Position numbers and translations under genes: made by a program
In this document: piece by piece, positions 11,364-19,224 of the stretch
Layout of the letters: every line of letters begins with the position of its first letter
Numbering within the stretch: position 1 is the stretch's first letter
Source of the DNA: an uncultured Methanobacteriaceae archaeon
GTDB taxonomy: Archaea > Methanobacteriota > Methanobacteria > Methanobacteriales > Methanobacteriaceae
DNA length: 32,000 bases
Assembly: GCA_963831915.1 (NCBI GenBank)
Contig: CAWHRV010000008.1
Span: 245,788-277,787 of the forward strand
Direction of reading: 5' to 3'
The notes under the pieces: model-generated
The model's database searches: none
Seen by the model: the letters and a program-made list of their open reading frames with translations, nothing else
What the model was told of the DNA's origin: nothing

Positions 11364-11656
11364 TTTACCACTCCGAACAGTTTTACAAAATCATCATGAA
11401 CATTTAATAATTTAATTATTGTGATGGATAATAAATAATCATTGCTAAGATAAGTTTTTTTTTAACACAATCCTTTTTTCATAATTCATCAAAAAAATGT
11501 AAATTATTAAATAATTACATTCTATTCTTGCAAAATAATAAAAATGAATTTACAAATAAATTAATGAGTATGGTAGTAAAAAGTATTAAGTATTAATTTT
11601 ATATATATGAATGTGAATTAATTGTATTTGTATCTAAGGTTGGTTTGGGGGATTGG

Positions 11657-11702
11657 TTGTCAACAAAGAACAATATTGTCCTTGGGGGACAAGGTTTAAA
11701 TA
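11657..11702 (+). promoter_or_regulatory. Candidate nikR promoter with nested inverted repeats (putative operator) abutting a TTTAAATA TATA box
   Basis: TTGT-CA-ACAA (11657-11666). Perfect palindrome ACAATATTGT (11670-11679). TTGTCC-TTGGG-GGACAA (11676-11692). TTTAAATA (11695-11702) lies about 53 nt before the nikR ATG. Confidence 0.45.
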
Positions 11703-11750
11703 GTGCCAAATTTAGTATTATGGTATTATAAAAGGGGAGGGTATAACGTG

Positions 11751-12161
11751 ATGAGAATAAGTATGTCATTACCTAAAAAATTACTAAATGAATTTGACGA
11801 AGTTTTAAAAGATAGAGGATACCAATCAAGATCCAAAGGAATAAGAGACGCTTTAAAGGATTACATTGTAAGATACCAGTGGATGAATGAAATGGAAGGC
11901 GAAAGAATTGGAATACTCGCTGTTATCTACGACCACCACTACACAGGCGTTATGGAAGATCTTACAGACATCCAACATGACTACAGGGATTATATTAACG
12001 CTGTAATGCATGTTCACATGACAGAAAAGTACTGTTTAGAAGTAGTGGTTGTTAAAGGAGATGTCAAATATATCCGTGATTTAACAGAGAAAATAATGAG
12101 ATTAAAAGGTGTTGAACACGTTAAACTCACCAGCACAGCAAGCGGTGAAAAAATAGAATAA
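11751..12161 (+). CDS. nikR: Nickel-responsive regulator NikR (ribbon-helix-helix plus C-terminal metal-binding domain)
   Basis: MRISMSLPKKLLNEFDEVL is the RHH N-terminus. His/Cys ligand pattern is IQH...HVHM...YC. GGGGAGGG (11734-11741) precedes the ATG at 11751. The longer ORF from GTG 11703 has no Shine-Dalgarno. Confidence 0.88.
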   Translation: MRISMSLPKKLLNEFDEVLKDRGYQSRSKGIRDALKDYIVRYQWMNEMEGERIGILAVIYDHHYTGVMEDLTDIQHDYRDYINAVMHVHMTEKYCLEVVVVKGDVKYIRDLTEKIMRLKGVEHVKLTSTASGEKIE

Positions 12162-12327
12162 ATTTTCTTTTTACAATATATCTATTAGGTTATGGGACTG
12201 ACTGTTAACTCAAAGAATGATTTAATAATATTATGTTATTAATTCATTCTCTAATTATTATTTATGAAAACCTAATGAAGGTGTAACAACGTCTTATCAC
12301 CATAACCTCACATCTGACACTTCAAGA

Positions 12328-13050
12328 TTGGCCGGCTTTTATGAAGCTATTTCAAAAAAAGCCAGAGGTACTGTATACGATTTGGGATCAGGTTCGGGTA
12401 TTCTTTCCACATGGGCGTCCCCATGGGCAGACCTAGTTTACTCGGTTGAAATTAATAGTACCATTGCTAAAAGAACAAGAGCAAATCTTAAGGACTTTAA
12501 AAATGTTGAAGTCATATGCGCAGATGCAAGAGATGTCTCTTTTTCAAAAAAGGCCGATGTTATCATCTGCGAAATGCTTGACACAGCATTAATAGATGAA
12601 GAACAAGTCCCAGTTTTAAATTCTGTTAGAAAATATCTAAAAAGCAATGGGATAATAATTCCTTGTGGTATTATAAACTGTTTAGAACCCGTGCAAATTG
12701 AAATAGAACATATCTGTTACGAAGAAAATGGTCATCCGCAAAATCTGGTTTTAGGAGATCCTTTGTTCTATAGTAGAATAAATTTTAGGAATCATGTTCA
12801 AGAAATTTTTAATGAATCTCTAAAAATAAAAATAAAAATGTCTGGAATATTTTCAGCAATAAAAATAACGACTTTCACGTTGATTACTAAAAATATAATC
12901 TGTGGCCCAACACCTATGTTAAATCCTCCTTTAATAATCCCGGTAAATAAAATTAAGGTTGATCCTGGCGATATATTACAAATTGATCTGAGTTACGAAA
13001 TGGGTGGTGGATTGGAAAGTGTTAGAGCAAGAATTAAAAAAGTTCACTAA
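12328..13050 (+). CDS. Class I SAM-dependent methyltransferase, PRMT-like architecture (Rossmann domain plus C-terminal beta domain)
   Basis: Motif I VYDLGSGSGILS. Post-I acidic residue in YSVE. Motif CADARDV. IICEMLD resembles the PRMT double-E region. The TTG start is doubtful because the frame stays open and looks conserved upstream; see the finding. Confidence 0.7.
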   Translation: MAGFYEAISKKARGTVYDLGSGSGILSTWASPWADLVYSVEINSTIAKRTRANLKDFKNVEVICADARDVSFSKKADVIICEMLDTALIDEEQVPVLNSVRKYLKSNGIIIPCGIINCLEPVQIEIEHICYEENGHPQNLVLGDPLFYSRINFRNHVQEIFNESLKIKIKMSGIFSAIKITTFTLITKNIICGPTPMLNPPLIIPVNKIKVDPGDILQIDLSYEMGGGLESVRARIKKVH

Positions 13051-13501
13051 AGATCACAAGAAGATCATTTTCTTATGTATTGGTAACGATATGCGTGGAG
13101 ATGATGCATTAGGTCCAAGGATAGCCGAAAACTTGGAAGAGATATATAAAAAAGAAGAGAATATCTTAGTCATAAACGCAGCAACTGTGCCTGAAAATTA
13201 CACAGGACTCATAAGAAGAGAAACACCCACACATATAATCTTCATTGATGCAGTAGAAATGAAGAAGAAACCCGGCCACATAAGACTAGTTCATAGTAAT
13301 GAAATTGCTAATTACAGCATTTCAACACATGCAATGCCATTATCTTTCATGATCAAATATTTAGAATCGTTTACAGATGCCAAGAAACTATTAATTGGAA
13401 TACAACCCAAAAATATTGAAATGCATCATCCCCTATCATCAGAAGTTAAAGAAAGTATAATTGAGCTTACTAAAATTATACAAAAAAGTCTAGAAGTTTG
13501 A
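13004..13501 (+). CDS. [NiFe]-hydrogenase maturation endopeptidase, HycI/HybD family
   Basis: IIFLCIGNDMRGDDALGPRIAENL matches the HycI signature (E. coli LLCVGNSMMGDDGAGPLLAE). FIDAV carries the second metal-ligand Asp and STHAMP the His. GTG starts at 13004, 13007 or 13019 all overlap the 3' end of the methyltransferase gene. Confidence 0.82.
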   Translation: MVDWKVLEQELKKFTKDHKKIIFLCIGNDMRGDDALGPRIAENLEEIYKKEENILVINAATVPENYTGLIRRETPTHIIFIDAVEMKKKPGHIRLVHSNEIANYSISTHAMPLSFMIKYLESFTDAKKLLIGIQPKNIEMHHPLSSEVKESIIELTKIIQKSLEV

Positions 13502-13667
13502 TATTATAAATTGAAGAAATATGATTCATTTAAATAATAATAAACCCCTCAAGTAAACTAAAATAATATGAATAATGAATAAAGTTGAATTTAATAGAAA
13601 ACAACAACTGATCTATATGATTAGAAATTAAAATCACCTATAAAGATTACAAACTAATTGTGATAAA

Positions 13668-14804
13668 ATGAAGATACTTTTTATAGGGGCACGTCTATTT
13701 GAAGATGTAGCACCATACACAAAAAATCTTGCGATTAATAGTATTTTAACAGAATCTAACCCCGAATCTCCTAACCTTAAACTTGCAGATTCCTACCATA
13801 TTGTTTCAAGGGGGATGGATGAACCAATGCAAATTGCAATCAATGAGGAAGTTGATGGTGTCGTGCCATTAATTGGCATTGATGAACCCCTTGTAGAGAT
13901 TGCAATTATGAAAGAAAAGTTAGAAGAGGATTATGGAATACCTGTAATCGCTTCTGGTATTTCAGCTGCGTCTACATGTGCTGACAAATTTAAGGCTAAA
14001 GAATTTTTCGTTGAAAACCAGATTAAAACTCCAAAATTCTTTAAAATATCTAAAAATGATTACCATAATGTTTTACCCAAAATGGATAATCAAATGCCAA
14101 TAGTTTTGAAACAGACAAAAGGTCAGGGAGGATCAGGAGTTAATATAGCATCTTCCATAAAAGATATGGAAAAATATATTAATGAATTTGAATCTGGTAT
14201 TGCAGAAAGATTTATCGAAGGATCTGAGGTTTCAATTGAAGTATTGAGGTGGAATGGTAAATCTGTCCCATTAGTTCCAGTTTATAAAGGAGAAACCACC
14301 ATTGAAGGCATCCATCCTCTTAAGAAGATTAAAAAAGCCCCATTAGAAATAGATGGTATTAATAATTCTAAAAACAACCGGAAAATCCAAGAAATTGCTG
14401 TTAAAATTGCAGAGAATATTGGTTTAGAGGGTACTGCAGATATTGATATTATTTATGACTATGAAAATAATGAAAATAATGTAATTGAAGTTAACGCCCG
14501 ACCTAGTGGCACACGGTACATCACATGGGCTACTACGGGCATAAATATCATGCACGAACTAGTTAACATGGCTTCTGGAAAATGGAATGCATTGAAACTT
14601 AAAAAAAGTATTAAAAATTACTCTGGCATTGAGATACCGGTTGGAAATTATATTTCGCAAAAAAATAGTCAGATCATGCACGATTTTTCTGACGAAGCTT
14701 CTTGGATAATCCACGGACCTGAAAATCATCAACGAATAACTATACGTGGATCATCCATGGGAAATGCGGTTAAAACTGCAAAAAAGCTCGAAATATGGGA
14801 ATAA
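13668..14804 (+). CDS. Stand-alone ATP-grasp ligase, CarB/Ddl-like (pseudomurein cluster member)
   Basis: ATP-grasp elements: PIVLKQTKGQGGSGVNIA (Lys plus Gly-rich loop), ERFIEGSEVSIEVL, and DIDIIYD...VIEVNARPSGT. The last compares with [11 protein letters not shown] in the carB of this same window. GTGAT Shine-Dalgarno lies before the ATG. Confidence 0.8.
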   Translation: MKILFIGARLFEDVAPYTKNLAINSILTESNPESPNLKLADSYHIVSRGMDEPMQIAINEEVDGVVPLIGIDEPLVEIAIMKEKLEEDYGIPVIASGISAASTCADKFKAKEFFVENQIKTPKFFKISKNDYHNVLPKMDNQMPIVLKQTKGQGGSGVNIASSIKDMEKYINEFESGIAERFIEGSEVSIEVLRWNGKSVPLVPVYKGETTIEGIHPLKKIKKAPLEIDGINNSKNNRKIQEIAVKIAENIGLEGTADIDIIYDYENNENNVIEVNARPSGTRYITWATTGINIMHELVNMASGKWNALKLKKSIKNYSGIEIPVGNYISQKNSQIMHDFSDEASWIIHGPENHQRITIRGSSMGNAVKTAKKLEIWE

Positions 14805-14954
14805 AAAAAATTAAAAAATTCTATATAGTCCATGACAATATAGAATAAAGAAATTGATTTATTAATAGTTAAGATAGAAAGGTTCATATTAGAATAATTG
14901 TATTTAAAATCCATAAATGCAAATCATTACAATAAAACAATTATAGGTGGTATC

Positions 14955-16028
14955 TTGAGCAATATCCAGTTAGAAGTTTTCATATTCTTACTCGCATTCC
15001 TATCAACAGCGCTTTTCACCCTGTTCGTAAGGAAGGTGTTGAAATATGCAGACATCAAAGACAATCCAATAGTCACAGAACACAGCCACAAAGCAGGCAC
15101 GCCCACAATGGGAGGCCTAGCTATACTCATGGGAGTTCTTCTTCTTGCATGTGTTTATTACACAGATAAAAACCTTATATTAACCGTAATAATTATGCTG
15201 ACCGCCGGAATTGTTGGATTGATGGATGATCTAATTGGTCTTAAAACTAAGGAAATTCAAAAAGTAATAATGAATATCAGCCCTAATCCTGTGGAAATTG
15301 GCAGATTGACTCTTAAAAAGGGTGAAAATGCAAGAGTTACAACACCTAAAGCGAAAAAGGACTTGGAATATCTCCTAAAAAATAATTTAGTAGAGATAAT
15401 AGGTGAAGCCCCAATAAAAAGTGAGGTAAAGGAAAACGAAAAAATTCTGGCACAGATACTTGTTTCACTTTTCCTGATAGCTTCAGGGGCGGTTGGTGCT
15501 TCGGTATTAGGATTTAATATTGGCATATTTATAATTCCCGTAGTAATATTCTGTATAGTTGGATCAATCAATTCAGTGAATCTTATTGATGGAATGGATG
15601 GACTGGCAGCAGGAATAATTGCTATAGCCTCTGTTGCATCGGCATTATTTGCATTATCAACGGGAAATATTGGTGGAGCAGTACCATTTATAGTTCTTGC
15701 AGGAGCATGCTTCGGATTTCTTGTTTTCAATAAGTATCCCGCAACCATATTCATGGGTGATACGGGATCCTTTGCACTTGGAGCAGGTTACATGACCGCT
15801 GCATTTCTGGGCGATGTATTTTACTTTGCCGTGATTGCGATTGCTGTACCTATACTTTCTGTTGCTGTGAGCCTCTTACATAGAGCTCATGTGATTAAAC
15901 TCCCTGTAGAACCACTTCATCACACATTACACTATAAAGGATTATCAGAGAAGAAAATAGTTTTACTTTACTGGTCAGCCACCATTATTGTCTGTGCTGC
16001 AGCATTATACGGATACAGCCTACTTTAA
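14955..16028 (+). CDS. MraY-like polyprenyl-phosphate sugar-phosphate transferase (glycosyltransferase family 4)
   Basis: Polytopic membrane protein. DD motif LMDDLIGLK. NSVNLIDGMDGLAAG. FMGDTGS. PVEPLHHTLH matches the MraY HHH-region position. The longest ORF starts at TTG 14898. I prefer the in-frame TTG 14955 because AGGTGG (14944-14949) lies just upstream and TM1 begins there. Confidence 0.85.
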   Translation: MSNIQLEVFIFLLAFLSTALFTLFVRKVLKYADIKDNPIVTEHSHKAGTPTMGGLAILMGVLLLACVYYTDKNLILTVIIMLTAGIVGLMDDLIGLKTKEIQKVIMNISPNPVEIGRLTLKKGENARVTTPKAKKDLEYLLKNNLVEIIGEAPIKSEVKENEKILAQILVSLFLIASGAVGASVLGFNIGIFIIPVVIFCIVGSINSVNLIDGMDGLAAGIIAIASVASALFALSTGNIGGAVPFIVLAGACFGFLVFNKYPATIFMGDTGSFALGAGYMTAAFLGDVFYFAVIAIAVPILSVAVSLLHRAHVIKLPVEPLHHTLHYKGLSEKKIVLLYWSATIIVCAAALYGYSLL

Positions 16029-16054
16029 ATCCATTATTACGAGGGAATGAGTAA

Positions 16055-17551
16055 ATGAAGGATATCACAGCAGCATATTTGGCAAAAAAGGTGAATGGAA
16101 GATTAATAGGAACTGAAAAACCTATAAAAGGAATTTTTACCTTTCTAAACAGTGCTGAACCCGGAGATGTGGTTGTTAGACACTGGATTGACGGCCAAGG
16201 AGTTAAAATGGCCTCTGATAAAGGCGTTTCATGTCTTGTAACTCAAAACATCCGAGGAGATGCTATTGAAATAGCTGAAAAGCTCGAATTACCCATTATT
16301 ATAACTCCTAAAATAGAATTTGCCAATGCATTCGCATTAAAATGGGCAATAAAAAACTTTGCAAAAAATTCCATTCGTGTGGTTGTAACGGGTACAAATG
16401 GTAAATCCACAACAGCAAACATGATATACACTATATTAACAAAAGCAGGATATTCTACATACACCAATACCGATGCTAAATCTGAGTTTAATACATTAAT
16501 AGATCCTGTTATTGCAAAACAGGTCGCAGAGTTTGAAAAAGTAAATAAGAAAAAGATTCAAGCCATGGTTGTTGAGGTTTCAGAAGTTCAAGGATGGTTG
16601 GACAAATTAATGAAAGATCATGCACAACTCATGACCTCCGCAGTAGAACCTAATGTCATTGTACTGACAAATGTAGGTTTGGATCATATTGGTTTAGTTA
16701 ATTCTATCGAAGAAACCTACAATGAAATATATGGTTCATTAAAAGGAATATTCCCTGTTCAATCAGATGAAGTTGAGGATAATAAATTAAATGATGTTTA
16801 TGCTGTTTTAAATTCAGATGATCCACTTTTGAAGGACATGGGGAAACTGGTGGAAAATCAGGGCAATTTTAAACTTTTATACTATGGTAGTAAAGTAAAT
16901 GAATCATTATTCCCTGATGTATCCCTTCAATCTGAAGGTATATACTTGAAGGATAAACCATTCTTAAAAACAGAGGAACTACCATTTAAGAGTAAACATT
17001 TCATTCAAAATACAATGGGAGCAATAGGTGCTTGTTTGGCATTAAATATAGATTTAGATGTTATAAAAAATGCTGTATCATCCTATATACCCCTTAAAAG
17101 AAGGTTCACAGTGCTTGGAAAAGATCCACTAATAATTGATGATTTCGCCCATAACCCTGATGGAATAATTGCAACAATAAAGAGTGGTTCAAAGATGTGT
17201 GAAGGTGTTCTTTACATTGTATTCGCCATCAGAGGCTCAAGGGGAGAATCTATTAATCATTTAAATGCTGAGGCAGTTGTTGAAAGCCTTGAAGGTGTTG
17301 ATCATCATATTATTGTTACGAGCAGTAAAGATGTGGTTGATAAAGCAAACGTAGTAAAATCTGTAGAAAAGAATGTGGTTCTTAAAACATTGACGGAAAA
17401 TGGGTTAAAATATGTATTTGAAGAAAAACTGTATCTTGCATTGGAGTACAGTGTAAGAAATGCAAAAGAAAAAGATACTATACTTCTTCTTGGTGCCCAA
17501 GGAATGGACCCTGCCAGTGAAGCACTGGAAAAAATATACAAAGATATTTAA
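16055..17551 (+). CDS. Mur-ligase family peptide ligase, paralogue A (MurE/MurF-like N-terminal domain)
   Basis: P-loop VVVTGTNGKSTT. VVEVSE (Mg Glu). VLTNVGLDHIG. IIDDFAHNPDG. The N-terminal 90 aa (LAKKVNGRLIG...PGDVVV...GVSCLVTQ) resemble the MurE/F substrate-binding domain. Confidence 0.85.
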   Translation: MKDITAAYLAKKVNGRLIGTEKPIKGIFTFLNSAEPGDVVVRHWIDGQGVKMASDKGVSCLVTQNIRGDAIEIAEKLELPIIITPKIEFANAFALKWAIKNFAKNSIRVVVTGTNGKSTTANMIYTILTKAGYSTYTNTDAKSEFNTLIDPVIAKQVAEFEKVNKKKIQAMVVEVSEVQGWLDKLMKDHAQLMTSAVEPNVIVLTNVGLDHIGLVNSIEETYNEIYGSLKGIFPVQSDEVEDNKLNDVYAVLNSDDPLLKDMGKLVENQGNFKLLYYGSKVNESLFPDVSLQSEGIYLKDKPFLKTEELPFKSKHFIQNTMGAIGACLALNIDLDVIKNAVSSYIPLKRRFTVLGKDPLIIDDFAHNPDGIIATIKSGSKMCEGVLYIVFAIRGSRGESINHLNAEAVVESLEGVDHHIIVTSSKDVVDKANVVKSVEKNVVLKTLTENGLKYVFEEKLYLALEYSVRNAKEKDTILLLGAQGMDPASEALEKIYKDI

Positions 17552-17594
17552 TAATTATGTTGTATATTTGCTATTTTATACTTTCATTATCCTC

Positions 17595-17600
17595 TTTTTT
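17595..17600 (+). terminator. Oligo-T tract after ligase A, at the start of a 266-nt AT-rich gap
   Basis: CCTCTTTTTT lies about 45 nt after the stop. The gap splits the cluster into at least two transcription units. Confidence 0.35.
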
Positions 17601-17817
17601 CAATTTTAACTAATTAAATCATTTTGGGTTTACTTTTCTGTTTTCCATACTATTTTGTAAATGTAAAGTATTAGTAATGGATATCCATTTAATTCATACA
17701 GAACTTAATATAAAATGAAAATGGAGATAAATAAAATTATTAACAGACAATATTAAGTACTTCAATAAAATTACAGAGTATTTATAGTATTCCTTAAAAA
17801 AATTGTGAGAAATATTT

Positions 17818-19224
17818 ATGAAATGTGTAATAATTGGCGCAGGTAATGCAGGACGTCCCGCTGCAAGAATCCTTAACCACATTGGGAATGAGGTCATTTT
17901 AACAGATCAAAAACTCTTTGAAGATTTCCCACTGAAAGTTCAGAAAACCCTTGAAATAATGGAAAAAGAGGGAGTTAAACTTTTATTGAACCCCGATACT
18001 CTTTTTGAGTTTGAAAATATTGATTCAGCATACATATCACCCACCATACCTGAAAATTCACCAATCAGAGATTATTTAAAGGACAATAATGTCAAAATAC
18101 TGGACAATGAATACATTTCTACCATAATAAACGATCTTCTGGAACTGGATGTAATAGGAATTACAGGCACCCTTGGAAAAACCAGCACAACCCATATTAT
18201 ATCTGAAATATTCAAACAGGCAGGTTTCAGCGTCTGGACTTGTTCATCCAGGATGGGAAACCTTTTAAGCGAGGTTATTGTTGACGGGATCGTTAATGGG
18301 CTTCATATTAAAAATAACATTGCAATTCTTGAACTTCCACACGGAACTTCGAGGTTAATGTCTCAAGTTAATCTTAAAGTCGGTATAATAACCAACATTT
18401 ACCCTGACCATTTAGATGAATTCGATTATTCCATGGAGAAGTATGTAGCCCGTAAATTATTCATAACAAATTCTAGTGAAATTTTAGTTTCAGGAATCCA
18501 GTGCAAGGAATATATCGAAGATTTAAGGGACAATACAATTTATTATTGTACAAACAATGAGTTTTGTAATGTTAATGGAAAATTGGATAATGGAAAATTG
18601 GATATTACATATGATATACCCTCAATGAAACTAGCTGGACAATTTGAAACGCCATTTAAATTATTGGGATACTACTTTGAAAATTCCATCGCAGCTGCTG
18701 CGGCAGCAATCGCATATGGATTAGACAATAACTCCATAAAAAAGGGATTAAAAAGTTTTAAAGGAATTGCCGGCCACATGGAGTACATTGGAAATTTTAA
18801 AGGCAGACAAGTGCATTTTGATGCAGCATTTGTACCTGAAGGATTAATTAATACTCTTGAAAGCTTTCGGACTAAAGACTTGGTTGTTCTCGTTGACAAC
18901 CCAGACAGTACAAACCCAAGGGACAAGTTCAAGGTAGGAGAAGTTGTTGGAAGATATGCTAAAGTTATAATATGCAGCGGATACAATGAAACAACTAAAA
19001 AACCAGATATTGAAGCTGCAAATAAAGTTATTCAAGGAGCTCAAAATTCTAAAGCGATTAAAATCGCTGTGGAAGATATGATAACTGCTGGTAAATTATC
19101 AATTAAATATTCAAATCCAGGTTACACAATTTTACATGTTGGTCCTGGAGCCATAACCAATTATGAAGATGTTAAATTCAAAATGTTGTCCGGTATTGAG
19201 GAAGGATGTAAAAAATATGAGTAG
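17818..19224 (+). CDS. Mur-ligase family peptide ligase, paralogue B (MurD-like Rossmann N-terminus)
   Basis: N-terminal [20 protein letters not shown]-loop [34 protein letters not shown]. The DxxHNP motif is degenerate (FDAAFVPEG). Confidence 0.82.
   Translation: MKCVIIGAGNAGRPAARILNHIGNEVILTDQKLFEDFPLKVQKTLEIMEKEGVKLLLNPDTLFEFENIDSAYISPTIPENSPIRDYLKDNNVKILDNEYISTIINDLLELDVIGITGTLGKTSTTHIISEIFKQAGFSVWTCSSRMGNLLSEVIVDGIVNGLHIKNNIAILELPHGTSRLMSQVNLKVGIITNIYPDHLDEFDYSMEKYVARKLFITNSSEILVSGIQCKEYIEDLRDNTIYYCTNNEFCNVNGKLDNGKLDITYDIPSMKLAGQFETPFKLLGYYFENSIAAAAAAIAYGLDNNSIKKGLKSFKGIAGHMEYIGNFKGRQVHFDAAFVPEGLINTLESFRTKDLVVLVDNPDSTNPRDKFKVGEVVGRYAKVIICSGYNETTKKPDIEAANKVIQGAQNSKAIKIAVEDMITAGKLSIKYSNPGYTILHVGPGAITNYEDVKFKMLSGIEEGCKKYE
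18574..18603 (+). repeat. Perfect in-frame 15-bp tandem duplication inside ligase B
   Basis: AATGGAAAATTGGAT occurs twice back to back and encodes [10 protein letters not shown]. Confidence 0.95.

Noticed and set aside
12187-12307. 9-bp inverted repeat AGGTTATGG / CCATAACCT separated by about 100 nt, and the 10-mer ATTAGGTTAT also present at 6181-6190
   Set aside because: Repeated 9-10-mers are expected by chance many times in 32 kb of AT-rich DNA. The right arm lies inside probable coding sequence.
15257-15754. 165-aa minus-strand ORF
   Set aside because: It is antisense to the MraY-like gene, whose motifs are unambiguous. It is a typical shadow ORF of a membrane-protein gene.
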